A stretch of DNA of 20,000 nucleotides. Source: an uncultured virus (IMG/VR IMGVR_UViG_3300023176_003360). Lineage: Duplodnaviria > Heunggongvirae > Uroviricota > Caudoviricetes. A model generated the notes under the pieces. The model had not been told where the DNA came from. It did no database searches and saw only the letters and a program-made list of their open reading frames with translations. Shown here one piece after another: positions 8,293 to 14,521 of the stretch (within the stretch, counting starts at the first letter, position 1; every line of letters begins with the position of its first letter). Position numbers and translations under genes: made by a program. The stretch is taken from IMG/VR virus record IMGVR_UViG_3300023176_003360; one strand, given 5' to 3'.

Positions 8293-8754
8293 TTAAAAAG
8301 CAAAGTCCCCAACAGGTGTTTCAAACTCACTTGCTAGATTTCCATTACTGTCGTAGATCTCAACATAGATTACACCATTCTCTCTTTTCCATTTGATAGT
8401 ATCACCAAATGGTGTTTCACTTTCTGCCCATTGACCGTCTACTATATCGCCGCCTTCGCCAAACAGGCTATCAGCAATATTCTTAGATAATTGAGCATAA
8501 ATTCTTGATTCTAGGTTGTTTTTGAACTTGTACATATTGGTGCTCTTTTCTTCACGCTCTGCTTTGTCAATTGCGGCTTGAGCATCCTCTTTGTTTTTGT
8601 CTTTTCTTTGTTGTTCAAGTTGATGTATTGTAAGAACGTGTGTGCTATATCCTTGTCCACTGAAACTCGGGCTCTTAAAATCGTGTGTCAATTCGCCAGA
8701 GAAAGCGGTTGTAGCAAACATCATGGTTACAATAATTGTGCTAATTTTATACAT
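8293..8754 (-). CDS. csgF: Curli assembly component CsgF
   Basis: Signal peptide, then ELTHDFKSPSFSG (CsgF N-terminal FxxPxFxG) and FKNNLESRIYAQLS; directly upstream of csgG. Confidence 0.85.
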   Translation of the reverse strand: MYKISTIIVTMMFATTAFSGELTHDFKSPSFSGQGYSTHVLTIHQLEQQRKDKNKEDAQAAIDKAEREEKSTNMYKFKNNLESRIYAQLSKNIADSLFGEGGDIVDGQWAESETPFGDTIKWKRENGVIYVEIYDSNGNLASEFETPVGDFAF

Positions 8755-8839
8755 TCCTCGCTCCTATTCGCATGTATTTACCGTTAAATCAGACGAACTG
8801 ACACTAATATACTATTATTTACGGGAGGAGAAAATATAA

Positions 8840-9229
8840 TTAAATTGGAGTATTATGAACTTGTAGTTCTTCTAAACCGTGTTCACGATCGATATATTTG
8901 GTATCAACCTTGATAGGTTTGTACTGCTGTAACCATGCTAACACTATTTGTGGATCAAAAGGTCCACAGGTATAAACGTCAAGTTGAATTATAGCAGGAT
9001 CGCATTCGTCCCACGTGTGCATTACAATGTGTGAAGTTTCTATGATTGCGGCAACTGTTAGTCCTCTGTTACCGGGCATGGTCACATACTTTGCATATGG
9101 ACCCATAAGCAGTTTCATGCCTATGCGATCTATCAGATCTTTAACGTGTTCGCTTGCTAGTTTTTCTACTGTGGGCGGATTTAGCACTTCCGCTCTAATA
9201 ATAACATGTTTGTGCACCAACGGCTCCAT
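8840..9229 (-). CDS. Pyruvoyl-dependent S-adenosylmethionine decarboxylase family proenzyme (SpeD/SpeH-like)
   Basis: GLTVAAIIETSHIVMHTWDE…LDVYTCG matches the family SH/HTW/DxxTCG motifs. ATG 9229 preferred over TTG 9235. Confidence 0.88.
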   Translation of the reverse strand: MEPLVHKHVIIRAEVLNPPTVEKLASEHVKDLIDRIGMKLLMGPYAKYVTMPGNRGLTVAAIIETSHIVMHTWDECDPAIIQLDVYTCGPFDPQIVLAWLQQYKPIKVDTKYIDREHGLEELQVHNTPI

Positions 9230-9272
9230 TAACAAGTACCAGATCTATTTATGATCAAGGTCATAAAATAGA

Positions 9273-9356
9273 TGGTGCTCTAGGAGAGATTCGAACTCTC
9301 ACGCCTTGCGGCACTGGTTCCTAAGACCAGCGTGTCTACCGTTCCACCACCAGAGC
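9273..9356 (-). tRNA. tRNA-Leu(UAG)
   Basis: Cloverleaf with CTGGT-CT-TAG-GA-ACCAG, long variable arm, GTTCGAATC and encoded CCA. Confidence 0.96.
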
Positions 9357-9357
9357 A

Positions 9358-9433
9358 TGGTAGTCCGTAGGGGAATCGAACCCCTCTTTCCGCCGTGAAA
9401 GGGCGGTGTCCTAAACCGATAGACGAACGGACC
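9358..9433 (-). tRNA. tRNA-Glu(UUC)
   Basis: CCGCC-CT-TTC-AC-GGCGG anticodon arm, GGTTCGATTCC, encoded CCA. Confidence 0.96.
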
Positions 9434-9540
9434 ATAATCTAGTGCTTTAGAACTTGACAGGTAAACCATGAATCGCTGTTCTACAGTTTTAGCACTAGAA
9501 TAATAGTTAACAGTACACTCTTTCGAGCATACTGTCAACC

Positions 9541-10062
9541 TTATTTTATCCTCAACTCCTCTATGTTTATAGGAGTAAAGTTAATTTGTTCCACACAAAC
9601 ACACCTGTGATTTGGTGTAGGACTAGGGTTAGTGTGTATGTGTCCATGCACGTTAACCATTTTGGTGTCCTTGAACCTACCTTCACCCAATGTGCTGTTG
9701 TGTACAGGAACGTGTGTTAAAAGCAATCCAAACTCTGGAAACATTCTCCACACGTCAATTTTAGCAACCAACTCGTGTTTAGCAAAGAACTTGGCATCAT
9801 CGTGGTTGCCCAATATCAAACGCTTTTGACCGTTAAGTCTTTTCCAAAGCGTCTTGAATGTGTCCTTGTTGCCAAAGAACACGTCACCCAAGTGATACAC
9901 TTTGTCGCCAGGTTTCACAACACTGTTCCAGTTGTCCACCATGGTTTCATCCATGTGTTCTACACTGTCAAACGCACGAACAGGCTTGCCATCACTATCC
10001 TTAAAGGTCAAGATATTGCTGTGCTGAAAGTGCGTGTCGCTTATTACCCATATGTTTCTCAT
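9541..10062 (-). CDS. Calcineurin-like metallophosphoesterase
   Basis: Motifs SDTH, HLGD, GNHD, LTH and HGHIH; SD GAGGTG. Confidence 0.93.
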   Translation of the reverse strand: MRNIWVISDTHFQHSNILTFKDSDGKPVRAFDSVEHMDETMVDNWNSVVKPGDKVYHLGDVFFGNKDTFKTLWKRLNGQKRLILGNHDDAKFFAKHELVAKIDVWRMFPEFGLLLTHVPVHNSTLGEGRFKDTKMVNVHGHIHTNPSPTPNHRCVCVEQINFTPINIEELRIK

Positions 10063-10080
10063 GTATCACCTCTTATAAAT

Positions 10081-10154
10081 TGGAGTGGACGACAGGAATC
10101 GAACCTGTATGGATGGATTTGCAATCCACTGCGTAACCATTCCGCCACGCCCAC
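10081..10154 (-). tRNA. tRNA-Cys(GCA)
   Basis: GTGGA-TT-GCA-AA-TCCAT, U73 discriminator, encoded CCA. Confidence 0.95.
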
Positions 10155-10247
10155 AAAGTGGAGACCTTTCTCGAGGGCGCCTCCTATTCCCGCCTGATCT
10201 TATATGTAGGGGCTCAGGCCTAACCACGTTTATACTCGTACCCTATT

Positions 10248-10321
10248 TGGCACCGGAACAAGGAATCGAACCTCAGTTTGCGGTTTTGGAGACCGTCGTG
10301 TTACCACTACACCATTCCGGC
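10248..10321 (-). tRNA. tRNA-Trp(CCA)
   Basis: ACGGT-CT-CCA-AA-ACCGC, G73, encoded CCA. Confidence 0.94.
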
Positions 10322-10323
10322 TT

Positions 10324-10363
10324 AAAAACAAAAAACCCCCGTAAGCATTTCTACTTCGGGGGT
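10324..10363 (-). terminator. Attenuator terminator immediately upstream of tRNA-Trp
   Basis: ACCCCCGAAGTAGAAATGCTTACGGGGGT followed by TTTTTGTTTTT on the minus strand. Confidence 0.9.
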
Positions 10364-10388
10364 CTAAATCTTGTTGTTGAAACAATTC

Positions 10389-10457
10389 CTACAAGATACC
10401 CCCTGGTGGTTCATAGCACCAAATACAAATGTCATTATGTAGAGTCTGTGTATTCAT
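10389..10457 (-). CDS. Putative attenuator leader peptide MNTQTLHNDICIWCYEPPGGIL (22 aa)
   Basis: SD AAGGA, ATG 10457 to TAG 10389, codons TGT-ATT-TGG-TGC. The 3' end overlaps the 5' arm of an antiterminator. Confidence 0.8.
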   Translation of the reverse strand: MNTQTLHNDICIWCYEPPGGIL

Positions 10458-10480
10458 TGTTTCGCTTTCCTTATTAACTA

Positions 10481-10514
10481 TATTTATAATACTATCTGTT
10501 TGTGGTCTTGTCAA
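10481..10514 (-). promoter_or_regulatory. Overlapping sigma70-like and T4-late-like promoters for the leader/tRNA unit
   Basis: TTGACA (10514-10509)-17 nt-TATTAT (10491-10486), overlapping TATAAATA (10488-10481). Confidence 0.75.
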
Positions 10515-10827
10515 CCAGAAAAGACTTAATTTTTTCAAAATTTTTCGCAGTCTGTTCTTTACCTGACTGCCAGTTTGTTTTTTGAAACTGTTTAATGTCT
10601 TCCCATTCGTTTGTTGCCCAGTTACCTATTGCTTGAGGTCTTTCGTTTAACCAAGTCCCAAACGAATTTAGTTTTGTTTGTAACTGTATGCTTACAGGTT
10701 TCTTTTCTGGTAACACTGTATTTGTTTCATTAGCCACAGCATTATTATTCAATACAATACCTATTAGTACACCTATCACTAGAATAGTAATAATATATAC
10801 TGCTTTTTTCATTTGCTTTTTTATCAT
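10492..10827 (-). CDS. Hypothetical membrane-anchored/secreted protein
   Basis: Start moved to ATG 10827 (SD AAGGAAAGG) because the longer ORF overlaps tRNA-Arg. Hydrophobic N-terminal helix. Confidence 0.75.
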   Translation of the reverse strand: MIKKQMKKAVYIITILVIGVLIGIVLNNNAVANETNTVLPEKKPVSIQLQTKLNSFGTWLNERPQAIGNWATNEWEDIKQFQKTNWQSGKEQTAKNFEKIKSFLVDKTTNR

Positions 10828-10848
10828 GCCTTTCCTTTTGTTATAATT

Positions 10849-10925
10849 TGGCCTGCCTGGGAGGACTCGAACCACCGACCTTCAGTTCCGCAAACTGACG
10901 TTCTATCCAACTGAACTACAGGCAG
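10849..10925 (-). tRNA. tRNA-Arg(GCG)
   Basis: TCAGT-TT-GCG-GA-ACTGA, A20 in the D-loop, G73, encoded CCA. Confidence 0.93.
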
Positions 10926-10933
10926 ATAGTTAT

Positions 10934-10962
10934 AATATATATGGTTTTACCAGAATTGTCAA
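10934..10962 (-). promoter_or_regulatory. Sigma70-like promoter for tRNA-Arg
   Basis: TTGACA-17 nt-TATATT ending 8 nt upstream of the tRNA. Confidence 0.7.
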
Positions 10963-10980
10963 TTGGAATATTTTACCAAT

Positions 10981-11145
10981 TTAGAAGTCGCACTTTACAT
11001 TTGCTTTTGGAGTAACCTGATCTCTAATTGGTTTCTCTGTAGAGATTCCGTCCACTTCAGCACCCGGCTCTACTTCACAATTTCGTATTTTAAATGTGCA
11101 AGATTGTAAAGCCAAAATGGCTAATATGATTAAAACGTGTCGCAT
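10981..11145 (-). CDS. Small lipoprotein, 54 aa (absent from the ORF track)
   Basis: MRHVLIILAILALQSCTFKIRNCEVEPGAEVDGISTEKPIRDQVTPKANVKCDF with lipobox LQSC; preceded by TATAAATA-N5-ATG. Confidence 0.78.
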   Translation of the reverse strand: MRHVLIILAILALQSCTFKIRNCEVEPGAEVDGISTEKPIRDQVTPKANVKCDF

Positions 11146-11167
11146 GGTTTTATTTATAGATTGAAAC

Positions 11168-11740
11168 TTATCTAATAAGTCTGTATATATCTTTTGTGCT
11201 GGTCTTAATCCAATCCGGATTTTGTTTTGGATTAAAATAAAAATTGTGTTTTCCTAGAACACAATCTCGTTTGGTAAGAACACTGTAATTAAATTTTTGG
11301 TGTCCTAGTGTGTCATAACCCAGTGGTCTGTTTTTACAGCAATCTTCCCAAGTTTGTCCAAATATAAAAATGTTGTCAATCTTGGCAAAATCAACAACCC
11401 TGTTTACTTCAAAAGGATAGCACATCGCATATTGTTGTTTACTGCTTTTCCAGGACAATATGCTTTTGTGTGTATGCCTATTTTCTTTATTGTTTTGTTG
11501 TTTGTGCTTTAGTACACTAAAATATTCCGCACCAAGCACACCTTTAGAATTGGTGTACCAATGATTGTCTAAATCATATTCAGATACAGGGCAATCATAA
11601 TTGGCAAGAAAAACATCAGTAATTAAACTGTTACTTTCAATATATTTTATTATATTATTGTAGCATCTACGATATGGATTTCCTGGTATCCAACTAAATG
11701 CTGTTTTCCATGGATCAATTATGATCGCAATAGATTTCAT
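11168..11740 (-). CDS. Hypothetical protein, possibly isochorismatase/cysteine-hydrolase-like fold
   Basis: 190-aa ORF. IAIIIDPW and IFIFGQTWEDCC loosely resemble the Asp and Cys motifs of that fold; the function call is weak. Confidence 0.6.
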   Translation of the reverse strand: MKSIAIIIDPWKTAFSWIPGNPYRRCYNNIIKYIESNSLITDVFLANYDCPVSEYDLDNHWYTNSKGVLGAEYFSVLKHKQQNNKENRHTHKSILSWKSSKQQYAMCYPFEVNRVVDFAKIDNIFIFGQTWEDCCKNRPLGYDTLGHQKFNYSVLTKRDCVLGKHNFYFNPKQNPDWIKTSTKDIYRLIR

Positions 11741-11953
11741 TTAAAAATATTTGTTTAAAACTTCAAGTTGATCGTGATATTCAGCAATAATTTTTAATTC
11801 TTTTTCAATTGCTTCTAGGATATCTGGATGTTCGCCAACACCTGCGGCATTTGCTAGATACACTTCAACGTTCATTGCGTGTTTAGCAATATGTCCTTTA
11901 GCGTGTTCTTTTATCGCTTCGATCATGTTTTCTCTGTTATATGGTCCAGCCAT
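11741..11953 (-). CDS. Hypothetical small helical phage protein
   Basis: 70-aa ORF with SD AAAGG; helical hairpin pattern around GVGEHPDI. Confidence 0.8.
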   Translation of the reverse strand: MAGPYNRENMIEAIKEHAKGHIAKHAMNVEVYLANAAGVGEHPDILEAIEKELKIIAEYHDQLEVLNKYF

Positions 11954-11971
11954 TGTTTTACCTTTCTAAAT

Positions 11972-12045
11972 TGGTGCCCAGTGACAGAATCGAACTGCCA
12001 ATTGATGATTACAAATCAACTGTTATACCGTTTAACTAACCGGGC
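11972..12045 (-). tRNA. tRNA-Thr(UGU)
   Basis: GTTGA-TT-TGT-AA-TCATC (one U.U mismatch), GTTCGATTC, encoded CCA. Confidence 0.93.
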
Positions 12046-12057
12046 AACGTTAGTTCT

Positions 12058-12086
12058 ATAATACTTATTATTAATTAAAAAGTCAA
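12058..12086 (-). promoter_or_regulatory. Sigma70-like promoter for tRNA-Thr
   Basis: TTGACT-17 nt-TATTAT. Confidence 0.7.
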
Positions 12087-12090
12087 CCTT

Positions 12091-13248
12091 TTATTTGGAA
12101 GTAGGGTTTACTTGGAAAAATGTATCAGTTCCTTGTGTAGGAATAATTGATGGCAACGATTTTTTAATAGCGCCACTTTGTAATAATTTAATCATTCCGT
12201 CGCCTGAACTTGCTGTTATCATAGATCTAGCACCAACTACTATGCTAGAAGCAACTTGCCATGCTCCGCCCATATCATGATGTTCTTTGTACCAATCAAA
12301 ATTGGCTTTTATGTAAGCACTTAATACTTTGTCTGGATTTTGGTTTGGAGTTTTAAAAACTTCTGTTATTGTATCACCATAATTTTGGAAACGCTGTTGG
12401 AAGATTGCTTTTCCTAATGCTTCACGTTCGTTTGATGATAAGCCTAAGTGGTTTACTACTCTCACAAAATCAATTACGTTAATACTTTTTTGTGGCTTAT
12501 CAGGAGTACGCAATTTGCTTGCTTTATAACCTTCCATGTCTTGCAATCCGCCACTTTGATAATCACTTATTGCTTGTGATATTGTTGGAAACTTCTGTAA
12601 AACATCTAAAACATCTCTAGTGCTTACACCACCTTCGCCTAGTCTTCCTGAACCAGTTGATCCTTTAGTTCCTCCGATATTTTCAGAGTGAGCAACTTTT
12701 AATTCAACTGGAACGCCTTTACTAGTACCGTCTGGATTAGTACCAGTTGATACAAACAAATCGCCTGTTCCTTGTTGTGTAATATTTTGACTTAAGATAG
12801 CAAACGCATGTTCACCTTTACCTGCTCTTTTTTGCCCCAAGCCAAATTTGATAAATTCCATAAACATTTGTTCATTGACAGGATCACCATAGAATAGGTC
12901 ATCAAAACTATAATGTCCATCTTTTAAAAAACATTGATGGTTAACGCATTTATTTTTTTCGAAATTATCTAAGAATTTATTTTTTTGTTGAATATTTAGA
13001 CTAGAAGCACCAGCCATTTTTTCTGCTATTAGTTGTATAGTTTTTTCGCTGTATTCTTGTTTTAACTTTTCTTCAATTTTAGGAAAAATTCTATCTACAA
13101 CATTAGTTTTATGAAGCAATGTGTAAACACGATCAAGCAAAGCAACTTGTTCTTCGTCAGAAGGATCTAAATCATTAACACGATCAAGTATTTCTTTTTT
13201 TGCTTGATCTGGATCAGTATATTCTCTTAAAAATTCTAATGCTCTCAT
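12091..13248 (-). CDS. Hypothetical protein with PD-(D/E)xK nuclease-like motifs
   Basis: 385-aa ORF with spaced GKGE…GDL…VELK motif; TATAAATA-N5-ATG upstream. Confidence 0.65.
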   Translation of the reverse strand: MRALEFLREYTDPDQAKKEILDRVNDLDPSDEEQVALLDRVYTLLHKTNVVDRIFPKIEEKLKQEYSEKTIQLIAEKMAGASSLNIQQKNKFLDNFEKNKCVNHQCFLKDGHYSFDDLFYGDPVNEQMFMEFIKFGLGQKRAGKGEHAFAILSQNITQQGTGDLFVSTGTNPDGTSKGVPVELKVAHSENIGGTKGSTGSGRLGEGGVSTRDVLDVLQKFPTISQAISDYQSGGLQDMEGYKASKLRTPDKPQKSINVIDFVRVVNHLGLSSNEREALGKAIFQQRFQNYGDTITEVFKTPNQNPDKVLSAYIKANFDWYKEHHDMGGAWQVASSIVVGARSMITASSGDGMIKLLQSGAIKKSLPSIIPTQGTDTFFQVNPTSK

Positions 13249-13256
13249 ATCAATAT

Positions 13257-13964
13257 TTATACCGTTTTTGGAAATAGCATATCAGTACAAAAACGCTCTA
13301 CATCCGCTTCATTAAGTCCTAATGACTTCATTACCTTGGGTGTATGTGGGTTTTGTTGCTGATTATGACAGTACCAATTCTGCCCTTCTAGCACTGCATT
13401 GCGTTCACCTTTATTGTTGTGATCACCAATACATTCTAGGTAAACTTTTAGATTGGTTGTTGCTAGTTGTACAATGGTTTTGGCTTCTTCAATGTCTGTT
13501 ACATTACCTGCCGCGATCATGCTACCACTGAATATGTTCAATGCCCATTCAGGCAATTCACGTTTTTTGCTAGGAACATACTCACTTACAGTATCTTCAA
13601 ACCATTCTACCATATTGTGATGTACACCATCGCCGTTGGGCCCACCTAGTGGACTATAGTCATGAAAGGCGCCGGTCATTTTGTTCTTACCTGCAATTAC
13701 ATCAAATCCGTATATTGGTCCGTTGTTGTGTAACTGTGGAAAGACACATACGTGCATCATCCAAAGACCTTTTGTAGTACGGGCATCCACCACATCAATG
13801 TGAGCCCTTCGTACACTATCATTAGACCAAACACGATTAATCCAACCGTTATCGGGTTGGTTAAAATAGTCAAGGCCTTCTTCTTGAGTTTCTGTAGCAT
13901 ATTCATCAAACATATCAAGAATGTCGTTTTGACATTCTATTAGTTTATCCCAAATTTCACTCAC
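13257..13964 (-). CDS. pcyX: Ferredoxin-dependent bilin reductase, most likely PcyX type
   Basis: FDBR motifs RRAHIDV, MHVCVFP…PIYGFDVI, FHDYSP, RELPEWA-IFS and QQQNPHT; overlaps the end of the heme oxygenase gene. Confidence 0.85.
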   Translation of the reverse strand: MSEIWDKLIECQNDILDMFDEYATETQEEGLDYFNQPDNGWINRVWSNDSVRRAHIDVVDARTTKGLWMMHVCVFPQLHNNGPIYGFDVIAGKNKMTGAFHDYSPLGGPNGDGVHHNMVEWFEDTVSEYVPSKKRELPEWALNIFSGSMIAAGNVTDIEEAKTIVQLATTNLKVYLECIGDHNNKGERNAVLEGQNWYCHNQQQNPHTPKVMKSLGLNEADVERFCTDMLFPKTV

Positions 13965-14499
13965 CGCTTAATTCCTTAAACAGTTCTGTTGCAAATTCAA
14001 AACATTTAATGGCTTCATCGACAAAAAGGTCTTCTTTGCCATCCAGTCTGCTTCTTACTTCTGCAATTAAGTCTTTTTCTTTTCCATTGAATTGGTAGTA
14101 TGCACCACTACCTGGTACACGCCTAGCAATCATTTGTCCGCCATGTAAGTCTCCAAAATGTCTTACATAAATGTGTGCAAGTAATTGTTCTGGCTTGTTT
14201 TCATATAATTCTTTGCACCAGTCACTATATCGAACTGCCGATTCTTTAATTTTAAATCCACCAAAACCTAATTCATCTAGATCTTGTTTAATTGCTTCTG
14301 CACGACATATATCTTCAATGCCATCTAGTATTCCTGCTTTTTGTGAAAAGCGTTCCAGTGCTTCATAGATGAAATACTGATTAGCAAGGTATTCCGCATA
14401 ACCTTCTTCGGTTAGTTCACCTTTAAGAAGTTTGCGGGCAAAGTCTTGCCTTTCAGCATTTTTGTGAAATTCCCATGTTAATTCTTTGAGCGTTGCCAT
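13957..14499 (-). CDS. hemO: Heme oxygenase
   Basis: LKELTWEFHKNAE (proximal His), AHIYVRHFGDLHGGQMI, EAIKCFEF. Confidence 0.93.
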   Translation of the reverse strand: MATLKELTWEFHKNAERQDFARKLLKGELTEEGYAEYLANQYFIYEALERFSQKAGILDGIEDICRAEAIKQDLDELGFGGFKIKESAVRYSDWCKELYENKPEQLLAHIYVRHFGDLHGGQMIARRVPGSGAYYQFNGKEKDLIAEVRSRLDGKEDLFVDEAIKCFEFATELFKELSGE

Positions 14500-14521
14500 A
14501 CTGGTATTTACCGCTCTATAA

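Noticed and set aside
2356..8839. Many short plus-strand ORFs, and the minus ORF 4187-4387
   Set aside because: They lie opposite or across well-supported genes and show no RBS or recognisable motifs.
9243..9273. Imperfect AT-rich inverted repeat after tRNA-Leu
   Set aside because: The stem is weak and overlaps a TAAATA site, so no function can be supported.
9299..9538. 79-aa minus-strand ORF
   Set aside because: It runs through tRNA-Glu and tRNA-Leu, so it is spurious.
9632..10477. Plus-strand ORFs of 65, 140 and 130 aa
   Set aside because: Antisense to the phosphoesterase, the tRNAs and the attenuator.
13257..14499. Cyanophage ho1-pcyA/pebS interpretation
   Set aside because: ALA synthase and the ROSE-like element point to an alphaproteobacterial host, and no photosynthesis genes are seen. 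A phylogeny is needed to be certain.
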